Shown: in pieces, positions 23,292 to 35,693 of the stretch
How the letters are laid out: the number at the start of each line of letters is the position of its first letter
Position numbering within the stretch: the first letter of the stretch is position 1
Assembly (NCBI GenBank): GCA_964252035.1
Contig: OZ176211.1
From: Podarcis erhardii
Lineage: Eukaryota
DNA length: 64,000 bases
Direction: 5' to 3' (one strand)
Notes under the pieces: generated by a model
The model's input: only the letters and a program-made list of their open reading frames with translations
Databases searched by the model: none
What the model was told of the DNA's origin: nothing
Position numbers and translations under genes: made by a program

Positions 23292-23785
23292 AGGAAGGCC
23301 TCTCTCTTTGATACTGCCTTGTGGAGTCTGTCTGTTGCTTTTGCTTATTGAATGAATTGTCAGCTGGAAAAATCAATGAATGGACCTTTTCCGCAAGGAG
23401 CACAAGCTGCCAAGTAAATATTTGTACTGCTGCAAAGAAAAATTACCCGCAGCGCCAGTAACATGCAGAAGTTTCTTCTGTTGGCGGAATGGAGTCCTAG
23501 CCACTGTTCCTCTTCCACATGACTCTCCTAATTTGTAATGCGCATCTTCAAAAAATTTTGTTTATCTATCTAAACTCTTTCTCCTGACGTTATCTCATGC
23601 AGATGGTGGAATATGATATTCTGTGAGTCTAACTGGCCCTCTCATAAGGGCCAGTTAGGGAGTATTTCTTAAAATATTACATTGGAGGCCATGAAATTTA
23701 ATAGCTAAATCACAAATGCATATTAGAAATCTATTTAAAACTTCTACCTCATTTTCTCTACCCTTTCCTTTAATTTACCAAGGCT

Positions 23786-23868
23786 GTGATCCTATACACA
23801 GTTACTTGGGAGTAAGCTACATTGAACTCACTGGGACTGACCTCTGCATAGAAAAGTACACGATTGCA
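23786..23868. repeat. Decayed roughly 80-bp palindromic repeat (MITE-like)
   Basis: ATCCTATACAC..TTAC.TGGGAGTAAG..CATTGAACTCA.TGGGACT..C.TCTG...; related relics near 6815-6872, 24581-24660, 29443-29720 and 59578-59650. Confidence 0.55.
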
Positions 23869-23882
23869 TTGTATCTCTACAG

Positions 23883-24208
23883 CAAGGGTCAGCAAAATTT
23901 TTCAGCAGGGGGCCAGTCCACTGTCCGTCAGACCTTTTGGGGGGCTGGACTATATTTTGAAAAATAAAATAAAATGAATGAATTCCTATGCCCCACAAAT
24001 AACCCAGAGATGCATTTTAAATAAAAGCACACATTCTACTCATGTAAAAACACCAGGCAGGCCCCACAAATAACCCAGAGATGTATTTTAAATAAAAGGA
24101 CACATTCTACTCATGTAAAAACACGCTCATTCCCGGACCGTCCATGAGCCAGATTTAGAAGGTGATTGGTCTGGATCCGGCCCCTGGGCCTTAGTTTACC
24201 TACCCATG
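23883..24208. mobile_element. hAT (Charlie-like) MITE with internal duplication
   Basis: Imperfect TIR CAAGGGTCAGCAAA/TTTACCTACCCATG; perfect TSD CTCTACAG (23875-23882, 24209-24216); roughly 65-bp internal direct repeat. Confidence 0.85.
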
Positions 24209-25033
24209 CTCTACAGCAATGAATACCATACTTCATTCAGCACTGCTGAAAGCAATGTTAAAATTCTGATTGAAACGTATATGGAAGGTTGAGACTGAAT
24301 GAATGGCTCTAGAATCTCTTGTTCAGGGAAGATCACAACATCCAGAATTGCTAGCCCCTTAGCTAAATACATTAACTTGTCTAATTGTGGCATTTAGAGG
24401 ACAGAAGACCAAGAAAAGGTATGAGGATATGCATCCTGCAATACAAGTTCTACTCTTGCCTTTTAGGGCATAATGATTAAAATTAAGCACTTTTAAAGCA
24501 AACTGATTTTAAGAGAAGGAATTATAGCCTTTTTGTTTATTTCCCATTGATTTAGATGACACTTAAAAGCATGGCAGCAATGCTGCACCCATTTACGTGG
24601 AAGTAAGTCTCACTGAACTTAATGCAAACTATTTGAGTAGACATGCATATAATTGTGCTGTTAATCAATTTGCTCAGCAAAACCTTGATTAATCAGTGGG
24701 CATCAATTTTAATTAAAAAAACTTACAAGTTATAGGGGCACTATGATATTTTTTCTAGTGCATTACTGTAACAAGGAATTAACGTATTAAAGGTGCTGTT
24801 TTTGGTTTTTTAAGTTATCTTGTAATCCTTCAATACTGAAAAAATGCACACATTTGTAAACTATCATAATCTCAATATGTTTTTTAATTTAACTATTAAT
24901 TGACTAATTATTTGCCCAATTTATTAAACAGCAGGGTCATAAAAATTCTTTAATTGGTTAACAGCTCTATTGAAAGTGCTTAACTTTTGGTATATTGTAC
25001 CCAATAATAACTATGGCAGAGTAAGAAATATTT

Positions 25034-25255
25034 ATTATTATTTATTAATTACGTTTATATACCACCTTTATCTTCCAAGGATCTCAAGGTGGTGTATGTG
25101 GTTCTCCTCCCTATTTCACCCTCACAACAACCCTGTGAGGTAGGTTAGGCTAAGAGATGGTGACTGGCTCAAGGTCACCCAGTGAATTTCATGGCTGAGT
25201 GAGGATTCAGACCCTGGTCTCCCAGGGCATAGCCCAACACTCTAACCATTACGCC
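25034..25255 (-). mobile_element. MIR/Ther1-related CORE SINE (Squam3-like)
   Basis: CCTCACAACAACCCTGTGAGGTAGG...CAAGGTCACCCAG CORE; tRNA-like head (CTCTAACCATTACGCC) runs into the gap. Confidence 0.8.
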
Positions 25256-25393
25256 NNNNNNNNNNNNNNNNNNNNNNNNNNNNNNNNNNNNNNNNNNNNN
25301 NNNNNNNNNNNNNNNNNNNNNNNNNNNNNNNNNNNNNNNNNNNNNNNNNNNNNNNNNNNNNNNNNNNNNNNNNNNNNNNNNNNNNNNNNNNNN
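25256..25393. other. Assembly gap
   Basis: N run. Confidence 1.
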
Positions 25394-25906
25394 AATACCC
25401 TGCCCTGTAATCAGAAATACAGTGTGAAATGTGACAGGAATTCATTACGGAGCAGATATATTTTTTAAACTATTTTTAAAAAGACAATGGGAAAGAACCA
25501 AGTTCTTTTAATCTTGTGCTCTCCCTGGTAGCAATCAGCTTGAGGTACATTTCAGTTTGTTCTCTTGTCATCTACATTAAGAGACCGTTGGTAAGCTTTT
25601 CTTTTAAAGTAAATACTGAATGACACATTTATAATTAGACCTGCCTGACCATTCCTTTTTAGGTCTGAAGGATATGAAATGTGGACATGACAGGCACTCC
25701 CTTGACTCCTGATCAGTGTGCTAAGAAGCTTAGACTTTCACCATTGATTAGTGAATAGTGGCACAACTGACACAACGTATAGCATAAGAACCATTTGTTC
25801 AGATACTGCAATGTCGATTATTGATTGCACGCAGGAATGGATAGGAACGGGAAGAAATCATTCAAGCTAAACCTGAGCTTTCTATTGCAATCCCCCATCG
25901 TCCCTC

Positions 25907-26377
25907 ACAAAGCTCCATATAGTTAAAGCTATGGTTTTCCCAGTAGTGATGTATGGAAGTGAGAGCTGGACCATAAAGAAGGCTGATCGCCGAAGAATTG
26001 ATCCTTTTGAATCATGGTGTTGGAGGAGACTCTTGAGAGTCCCATGGACTGTAAGGAGATCAAAACATCTCCATTCTTAAGGAAATCAGCTCTGAGTGCT
26101 CACTGGAAGGACAGATCGTGAAGCTGAGGCTCCAATACTTTGGCCACCTCATGAGAAGAGAAGACTCCCTGGAAAAGACCCTGATGTTGGGAAAGATGGA
26201 GGGCACAAGCAGAAGGGGACGACAGAGAATGAGATGGTTGGACAGTGTTCTCAAAGCTACCAGCATGAGTTTGACCAACCTGCAGGAGGCAGTGGAATAC
26301 AGGAGTGCCTAGCATGCTCTGGTCCATGGAGTCATGAAGAGTCGGACACGACTAAACGACTAAACGACTAAACAACA
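25907..26377 (+). mobile_element. BovB LINE, 5'-truncated
   Basis: VKAMVFPVVMYGSESWTIKKADRRRIDPFESWCWRRLLRVPWT...MKLRLQYFGHLMRREDSLEK...; (GACTAAAC)n/AAC tail; frameshift and premature stop. Confidence 0.95.
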
Positions 26378-29300
26378 TCAGCCATGTGGGTTGGAGCATA
26401 CCATCTGCAGAGCCATAGGTTTATTTTCCACTTTAAACCAAAATATTTTGATCTTCGTCGCTAAATCTAGATTTGTCTAGCAGTTTAGGTGTAGCACGGT
26501 TAGAGGTAAGGGGTTGGTTAGAGGTTGAGTTTGCCCAGACTTGGCCTTCTCCCATTGTCTCAAACTGTCTACCAGTTACGACTTCCTCTGTGATTCCTTA
26601 TCCATACTGTGTTACTTCTGCTGCAATTGTAAACATGTCAAGGCTGCTGTTGGGTTAAGAGGAGAGGAGCAGTAGCTGGATCAACTGCAAAGCAGGTAAA
26701 ACTTCCTGCTTTCCTTTCCTACTGTTCTCCCTTGAAGGGAGAGGAGAGACACTGGACCATTCCTGAAGGACACTGGACCTACCCACCACTGATGTGTAAC
26801 AGCTGGCTTTGACACCAGAGTTCTGGGTGTGGAGGGGAGGTTAAATGGGGGAGGGAGGGGAGAGATTGGTTGTTTGATGTGAATCAGTTTTGAACCAGGG
26901 GGAGGTTGAGGTTTCGTTTATTTGCTAATTAGTGGATCAGAGTATTGCTTTGTTTATTATTTGAGTGTTGTTATTGTTGTTTGCTATTATTTATATGGCT
27001 GGTATTTTCGTCTTTGCTTTTCCACGGATGTTCTGTTATATGCAGTGCTCTTTTTTCTTTTAATAAAAAGGGCTCTGGTAGTCACCATATAATTGCTACA
27101 GTAAGTGCCACACTTTTAACATTTGAAGAAGAAGAAAAAGGTGCCCTTACTGTGTACCATTGAGCACCCCCAGAACAAAATGCACTGGATATATATAATG
27201 TATTATATGATCTCCTCCCCTTCCCATGGCATTATGTATTGTATATTTTTCTTTGCTGCAAGTCACTTAGAGACCTTCAGGTGACAAGTGGCTGATAAGT
27301 TTAAATAATAATAATAATACTGATGATGATGATCATCTCTAGATTTTGTTGGACTCCAGTTCCCATCAGCCCCAGTCAGTGTGGCCAACATCAGGGATGA
27401 TGGGAATTGCAGCCCCCCAGTGAATAAGAGCTACAGACAGAGCTTGGAGCGGACACTCCTTTATTTGCCGTCAGCCTTCTCATTCTTTTCTGCTGGCATT
27501 ATCTTTTGCTTAGCCTCTATACAATTCTCATTACTGTGGAGAAAAATTAAATGATTCAGTCAGATTTCTAATCTATTTCCACTCCTCTTTCCTCCATCTC
27601 CTCCTTTCCCCCGGAAAACTGAAGTAGCAACTTCTCATTACGTATCAATTTACACCTCAGAAATCAGAAACAGATCGATGCAGGTCTTCTGCATCTTGCA
27701 AGTTATAACACATCTTCCTTTCGTCACTCTCAGGAAAAGTGGAGGACGTTATGCAGAGCATGTGGTCTGCTTTCACAAATAATTTCTATGGAAAACAGCA
27801 GTCAGGCAGTAATACAAACCCAAGGTGACCTCATTACTGAAATTTGTTCCAGTTGTCATTAGACATATCACACTGTGTCACTCAAATCAGGAAAGAAATA
27901 AGAGATACTGACACGTAGCACCAGTGATTAGAGACGAAAAATACAGTTACATTCTAAGAAACCTCTTGGTGGAAGAGGAAAATGTCTGGAGTTTATATTC
28001 AACCACCCTTACTTGTCCCTAGGATCTTCGTTGCTCTACCCTTTTCCCAATTCCCTGCCAATAGCTTATTAGTTTTTCTCTCTCATAAAGGAAAGCGCTT
28101 TTTCCTAAGGTGCCAAGAGGAAACAATCATCACATCTGGGATAGCACCTCTTTGCTACAGGCAAGGTCAAGTTGCTAGGATACCAAAGGGACAGTCCAGC
28201 TTCCTAGACTTGGAACTCGTAGCTGAGCTCACCAAAAGAAATAAAAAGTCATTTGTGTTCCCATGTATTCCCATGCTCTTTGTTTTCCCCATAATGCTTG
28301 AGGAAGAATAATTCTTCATGTGAAAGAGAAGAAATAGAACGTTTCCTACAACCCTTTCCTCTCTTCCTTTCAGAGGCACACACAAATAAAACTGTTTCCA
28401 TTTGCTACCCATTAAAAGAGGCAGGAGGCAGCTGCCATAACATTTTAGCAATTGCAAAATGGAATCCAAAACATCCCTGCTTCACTGAAGGCTCTCCAAG
28501 TGGCCCCAAGCAAATCACCATCTCTTAGTCTAGCATCTTATTTGTTTGAAAATAATACAGTTCCATGTACTGCCCTAAGGAAGAACAGGAAAATAAGTTT
28601 AGGGTGGATGTAAACAATTTTAGCCAAGGATTAGGTTCCTTTAAAAAGCTAATGTGCAGATGTAGTCCGGAAAGGATCAACTAGCTAACAACGAAGGGCA
28701 AAGCGGTTGAGCCTTATTGCTTTCTTCATCCAGAAAGCACATTTGTTCCCAGGTTAGATGACATGTTCTTGCCTAACTCATTTGGCTGCGAATGCTAAAA
28801 TCTGTCAAGGGGTACCATCCTAGGTGCAATGTCTACTTCTGCCTCTCAACACAGAGAAAAGGAATTTACAACATGTGAAGGATCTTGGCAGCTCACAAGT
28901 TAATTGACCATGTAATACAATTGCAGCCAACCAGATGTATGTTTTTTTAAAATTTCTTTTGGCTTCACCACCCGCATTTGGATGAATCCTCAAAAAAGAA
29001 TCCATGGCAAAAGTAAGTATTAATTTAAACAGACTCTAGCTCGAAGCAACTTAGTGTATGTTCAGAATTAAAAATGCACAGAAGTGATCAAATCAGTGTG
29101 AAATTTGTATTAAGTTTGGAGTTATGTGGCTGAAAGGCTGACCTCACTCTTTGAAAGATAAGCTAATGCTCCATGTAACATATCCAATGTTGGACTACAC
29201 TATTTCAGACTCTGTTTTGAGTGATGCCTTTGAACGGTCTGGTGGAGCCTGGTGGTGGTATGTGAATCACTGGTGAATTTTTGTTGGGTCTAAGGAAGCT

Positions 29301-29495
29301 CCCTGCATAGGAACTAATCTGCTAATAAGTTGGCTTCCCTGGCTGTCTACAAGGTAAAACCTCAGTCATCAATGGTATTGCTGTAAATTAAGTTGTTTTT
29401 GCAGGAGGAATTCCTTTCAGTGGTTTCTGTGGATTAACATTCTGGCTGCAGCCCTATACACGCTTCCCTGAGAGTAAATCTCACTGAATTCTGAC

Positions 29496-29683
29496 CATAG
29501 GAGCCAACTCCTAGGGGCCATTGGGGTTTTGGCTCCAACAATAAAATATTTGAGGGGACTGGGCCCCCACAAAGTTGATGGGCATTCCCATTCAAATGGT
29601 GTGTGCACTGTGTCATGTGACTGATTATGCGGTGTGGGACTTACCTGGGCCCCCACAATATTTTATTCAAGTTGGCACCCCTG
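29496..29683. mobile_element. hAT-type MITE inserted into a palindromic relic
   Basis: TIR CATAGGAGCCAACT/AGTTGGCACCCCTG; degenerate TSD ATTCTGAC/ACTCTGAA (6/8). Confidence 0.7.
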
Positions 29684-31131
29684 ACTCTGAAATGTACTAG
29701 ACATGCAGAGAATTGTGCTGATTCAACCATTAAAAGTTCTCACTCTCATGGTACCATATTTAAGCATGACATTTTTAAGATTCAAATGGGGGGGGGAAAG
29801 CATGAATCAAACAACGGAGAAGAATAAAAAGTTCACTTGATGCAAACAAGTAGCAAACTCAACTCCTGCTTCCTGAAAGTTTGTTTAATATTAGCTAGGT
29901 CTTGCTGCTGCAACCCAGGCCTTTGGGAGTATATGCAAACCAGAACATTTGCATTTGGCCTTGAGCAATGTGCCTTCTGCACGACGGTGCTCTCCCCATA
30001 GTTTTGAACATGCTGAAAGTCTTCACTAACGAAACTTCCAAGAGAACTTGAAAGTAGGACTGATAATAAATGAATAAAAAATTGTTATAGGTATTAGAAA
30101 TAACAATGACATGAACAACTTGTGAAAGCCTGAGGAAATCCTAAATCTGTTACGCACTGTGGGAAAGAGTTATTCAGGAAGTGGAGCCTCAGGAGATTCC
30201 ACTTCAAATTAGTGCCAAAAGTGGTACACTAAATAAGGTATATCAACAGCCATCCTTAGAACAAGGAACGATGATTGGAACGGTAGGGCTCATGGCAGAT
30301 TACGACTATGCTCCCTGCTCTGCACCCTATTGGCTTTATTTATATCCTATGAGAGGGAAGAACCAGTTATATTAACTCTCTTTCAAAATGCTGAGTTTGA
30401 GATATTATTTGTCAGAATTCTCAAAACAAGCCTTATTATTTAGTCCCCCTGTGCACCAGATGCACTGTCCATTTTTTAAAAAAAAAGTTATGTGCTTCTA
30501 TGTAGAAGCATGTAGATCTTTCTTCTTAAAATATAAGGCAACCATTATAAAAAGTATAAAAACACTCCTGGACAGGTGTGAGGAGACGTGAGGTGTCAAT
30601 TAAATCAGTCTATAGGCTTAGCCAGTAAGTGCTCTCACAGTTAGCTTTTATTGTTCAACCTAAGCCACTGAAAAACTGCAAAATCATTTTATTTCAGTAC
30701 TTTACCCAGAGCAGAAAGACATATATGGTTATTAATGCCAGCAGGAACTTTCAAAACACCCTCACTCCTTTAAAACATTATTGTCATGTTCTCTGACCTC
30801 AATTCCTTCTCAAGCTCAGAGGAAGCGATGGACAGGGAGGAGACACTGCTCACGTATCTGTCATTCCCCACTCCACGACCTTCCAGGTCAGAAAATACGG
30901 CTTTGCCAAACCTCTCAGACTTGGAAGACAAACCTTCAATGAAGTAAACCTCATTGCTGTCTTGCAGCTAGTGGTTGCAGAATATGCAAGAGTCCTTTTA
31001 GAACACAGACTGATCCCCTGAGGGAGGGGGCAATAGCAGGACTAGCCCTTCCAGCGCTCATAAACTCTCACATAACCTCTGCACTTTGCTGACACAACAG
31101 TTCTCCTTGTGTGAGTGAAAATGCTCTACTA

Positions 31132-31267
31132 CAGGTATAGGCAAACTCGGCCCTCCAGGTGTTTTGGGACTACAACTCCCATCATCCCTAGCTAACAGGA
31201 CCAGTGGTCAGCGATGATGGGAGTTGTGGTCCCAAAACATCTGGAGGGCCGAGTTTGCCTATGCCTG
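31132..31267. mobile_element. Palindromic hAT MITE (136 bp family)
   Basis: TIR CAGGTATAGGCAAACTCGGCCCTCCAG/CTGGAGGGCCGAGTTTGCCTATGCCTG; TSD CTCTACTA/CTCTGCTA. Confidence 0.92.
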
Positions 31268-31982
31268 CTCTGCTACATGCATCTTCTCCTGTCATGAACC
31301 TGCCTTATTTGCTGGAACTCTCCTTTAACACTACTTCCGCTGAAGTACACGCTCCCTGAGCATCGAACAGCGATACCTTCATTATATGGTACTTCTCACT
31401 AGCTGTATGCTGGCAGAGATCAAACTACTGGTGGCATGCGAATCTGAAGAATTTTATGTAATCCTGTCTCAACAGAACTTTAATGTTAAACACTGTCATT
31501 GCATCTTGTTGTTTCAAGGTTGCTCGAGGGGCTGTCAGATTTTTCAAATGGTATCTCATTAATTTCCCCCATTACTAAGAACATAAAATGCGAAAATCAT
31601 AACAACTAACAGGAGAGTTGGACTGTAAAGCACAAATTTATCAGTAGAATGAGCTAAAACATAGGATTACAGTATCTTTTCATAAAATTTCAATCTATAT
31701 AGCATGAATATCAGACAAAAGGAGAATGTCAAGTAGAGGAATTGCATTCCAAGTAAACAACTGACAGGTTGGTGAAGCCTATAAGTCAGATGTATCTGAT
31801 CGAGCATTTTTTCCCATCAACACCAGGTTCTAAATCCACATTGTTGAAGTAAACTGACCAGTGTTTTTCCTTTGCCTTACAAAAATAATGATAACTATAA
31901 AAAGTCTTTATGAAGCAAAGTTTTGAATGCATTTAGAAATCGGCTAACTATAACTCAGGGATAAGAGTGTGGAAGACTAAGT

Positions 31983-31986
<4 letters not shown>

Positions 31987-32020
<34 letters not shown>
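31987..32020. repeat. (TG)17 microsatellite
   Basis: Direct reading. Confidence 0.98.
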
Positions 32021-32023
<3 letters not shown>

Positions 32024-32175
32024 CCAATTCCAGAAAGTGGAAATCATTTCACACAATCACTCGGAAGCTGACAGATTTGGAATGACAGATCTGCAACCCA
32101 TTTAGTTGGATGTGAATGTTCTGGAAACAGCTGGTGATACAGCAGCCGTGTTGAAGGTAAGTTGGTGTGCATTCA

Positions 32176-32620
32176 CAGAATCATAGAACTGTAGAGTTAG
32201 AAGGGATTCTTAGGGTTATCTAGAACAAACCCCTGCAATGCAGGAATCTCAACTAAATCATGCATGACAGATGAGCATCTAACCTCTGCCTAAAACCAAG
32301 GTCCACCACCTCTCATGGGAGTCTGCCACTGCTGAACAGCTCTTACTGTCAGAAGGTTCTTCCTGACATTTAGTCACAATCTCCTTTCTTATATAATAAT
32401 AACAATAATTTATTATTTATACCCCGCCCATCTGGCTGGGCTTCCCCAGCCACTCTGGGCGGCTTCCAAAAAAATATTAAAATACTGTAATACATCAAAC
32501 AACTTGAATCCACTGGTTTGGGTCCGAGCCTCCAGGGCAGGAGAAAACAAGCTTGCTCCATCCTCCATGTGACATCCCTTTAGATATTTGAAGATATCTA
32601 TCGTATCTCCTCTCCTCAAA
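32176..32620 (-). mobile_element. CR1 LINE 3' end, interrupted at 32391-32500
   Basis: Minus frame LRRGDTIDIFKYLKGCHMEDGASLFSPALEARTQTSGFKL (CR1 ORF2 C-terminus); TTCTATGATTCT 3' terminus. Confidence 0.88.
32391..32500 (-). mobile_element. L2-type LINE 3' tail nested in CR1
   Basis: Antisense of ...CAGAGTGGCTGGGGAAGCCCAGCCAGATGGGCGGGGTATAAATAATAAATTATT; CR1 sequence resumes directly on both sides. Confidence 0.75.
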
Positions 32621-34015
32621 TCTCCCCAAATATCCAGGAATGCCAACGGAACAATATTAGATGCATGCAATACACTTGAAATGTTCAAAAACAGTAAACG
32701 AACATTTCATAATTTCACATTATTATACTTAGCATAGCATTTCTGACCTCATGTCGTGGCGATCAACTACACAATCAATTCAAAATGCATGGATCAAAGC
32801 TCATTTAGGTTTGGTGACAAGCTGACCACACTTGTTCAATTTCAAGCTCACTGTGTGGGTTATGAATTGTACTAATGGTTTATAAAGTTCAAATATATAA
32901 TAGGGATTATTTTAATGAACATGTATAAAGCTGTTTAGCTAAAGGAGCTAATGAAGTACTATCAATGACGATGACATTTCTCCTTAGAGGAGTTATTCCC
33001 AAAGTAATTTATCTCCATCTCTAGTCTCAAGTTCCTCCAAGTTTCCTCTTTTGGGGATACAGGGGTAATGCATGACTTAAACTCTGGCTCTCTACCAGAC
33101 AATGAGTTGTTGGGAAAAAACACAAACAAGCAAGTGAAGTGAGAAAACTACCTAATATTCCTCTTATGAAAGTAATACATTTAGCCATGTCCAGACCTAT
33201 GTAACCCTCATGGATTCTTTATCACAATATTGCTGTATCTAAAAAGCATTCTGAGAGCATGGTAGAAAATTGTGAACAGATTTGATTTCAAAATGCTACA
33301 ATGTACCAGCTCGTGAGCAGTTTAATAACTTCAAATTCACAGGGGAAATTCACCCACCTGAATATGCCTCTGCCCGCTGCTAAAACTTTTCAGAACATAT
33401 TTCTAACAGATCTTACAAAAGAGAAAGGTCATATGGGACCACACCTAGACAGATGTGCCCTAAACAAGGAAGTCCGAAGACCCAGGAAAAGGTGTGTGCT
33501 CTCGCTCTCTCTCTTATCTACGGTCCTTTCAAGAGTCTCTAAAATCTATGGAAAAATTGAAATGCCAAAGTACTTAACACTTGCAGATGATTCGAATTCC
33601 AATGTTCTAGCCAAAACAAAACAGGAAAGTGCTCCCAACAGTGTCTGATACACTTTAGATAAATTACATCCTGTCTTTCCACATTTTTACATTAGTCTGT
33701 TTGCTTTTCCTCCAGATCAGGAGTTTATCATGGTTTCAGTCCCTTCATGTTCCCTTTTATGTATTAAAAGAGGGAAAGGTACTCTGTTTTACTTCCTGTT
33801 GTTAACTGTTGAGTGTGATCCTGAGGATTGTTAAGCAGCTGGTAGGTTTCTCCATAGGGATGATTTTTTAGCAGCAGCTAAGGAATATGGAAGTGCTTCT
33901 ATGTAATAATCACAGAACTATGCATGTATTTTGTTTAATTGGACTGTTTCATTTTTAGCTGTAATTTATTTATATTCTGTCCTTGATCTGAAAATCTCAG
34001 AGTGATTAACCATAA

Positions 34016-34368
34016 CATGGGTGGTGCTGTGGGTTAAACCACAGAGCCTAGCACTTGTCGATCAGAAGGTCGGCGGTTCGAATCCCCATGACGGGGTGAG
34101 CTCCCGTTGCTCGGTCCCTGCTCCTGCCAACCTAGCAGTTCAAAAGCACGTCAAAGTGCAAGTAGATCAATAGGTACCGCTCTGGTGGGAAGCTAAACGG
34201 TGTTTCTGTGCACTGCTCTGGTTTGCCAGAAGCAGCTTAGTCATGCTGGTCACATGACCCGGAAGCTGTACGCCGGTTCCCTCGGCCAATAAAGCGAGAT
34301 GAGCGCCGCAACCCCAGAGTTGGCCACGATTGGACCTAATGGTCAGGGGTCCCTTTACCTTTACCTTT
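34016..34368 (+). mobile_element. Sauria SINE, subtype B
   Basis: GGTGGTGCTGTGGGTTAAACCACAGAGCCTAG...GGTTCGAATCCC...GGACCTAATGGTCAGGGGTCCCTTTACCTTTACC. Confidence 0.95.
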
Positions 34369-35693
34369 AACCCTATAACACAGAATAAAAACAGAAAACC
34401 TCATAGACTCTATATAAAAAACATTTTCAACAGGGTATTAGTGATGCCTCAATTATAGGTTCCGAAGCTTTGGCAAACAACCATGTTTAAACACTATGGG
34501 GCCACACAGAGCTTGTAATGGGAAGTTTCTAATGTTTGACATTTTTGCTGTGCTTTTATTCTGATGGAAGGTTCCCAGTGTTGCTGAGACAACCCAGTCA
34601 GATGAGCGGGGTAACAATGGCGACGACAACACACACATCCCTGGAACTGGTCCTGTAGCTATGAATAGAACCATGGTAGCAGTGTCTCCATTTCCAAAAC
34701 CATTGACCTGGTTAGTAAAATACCATGGTTGATGGTACTGTATCGAAAATTGAGAGATCCAAGAAAATCAACAGCATCAAAGAGGAGATTCCTGAGTGGC
34801 TGGTAGTTATTCAACAGCAATGGATCTAAGGAGGGCTTGTTTGTGGCTGAACCTGTGCCTCTTTAAAAATGTCATGTGTTTGGCTATGTTCAATTATTCA
34901 AAATATATTTTTCCAATAGTAGATTTCAATTGCCCAGTCAGCACTCAAAATAATTCTGTTAGGTGGCTACTTAAGGAAGAAGCAAAACAGGGGTTTGTTT
35001 GTTTGTTGCTATAAAGCTTTTTAATAAGAGTATATATAATACAAAATTAATATAGATGCTTAATTAATTACTCCAATACAGCAAATACATCCTACATCAT
35101 CATAATTCTTTTGCATCAGTTCAATCAAACTATAAATATATAAAAGTATAAATATTAAATACTGAAGTTATAGGAGGCTTTTATAATTTATAACAAGAAA
35201 AAGCCCACCTCTTCTGCTATTTTTCTTTTTTAATATATTATAATTATCATCATAATCAACAACAGTACTATTTATTTTATTTTTATTAATGTCTATTAAA
35301 CTTCTTATCCACCTTTTATCATAAGGTCCCAGGGAGGGTTACAGCAATTTAAAAATCCAATATTAAAAAACAGTTAAAACTGATTGCAGTGACGAGAATA
35401 ATATGGGTCCTAAAATATATATCTTGTTACCAGGGTTCATTTGTCTAGTACATCAATGTAATTATATTTATTTCACAACACAGTAGTTTATTACATTTAG
35501 CTGTTACTATAACTTCCTAATCATGTTTAGTTTGCTGGGGGGTTGAGTGTTCTTTCATGCCTTAGCAGACATGATCTGTGCTATTGTTAAAATGTGTAAT
35601 ATCTGCACCTGGTATAAATATGGCAATTGCATCTGAAATGGATGGTCGCAGTACCTCCGAAGCCTAACGCTTGCATTGGGGCTGTACCATATA

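Noticed and set aside
29004-29018. ATG GCA AAA|GTAAGT three-codon first-exon look-alike
   Set aside because: No promoter features or identifiable downstream exon; such short patterns arise by chance.
31970-31992. miR-7-like TGGAAGACTAAGTATTTTGTGTG
   Set aside because: Mismatches in the mature sequence; it runs into a (TG)n tract with no hairpin partner.
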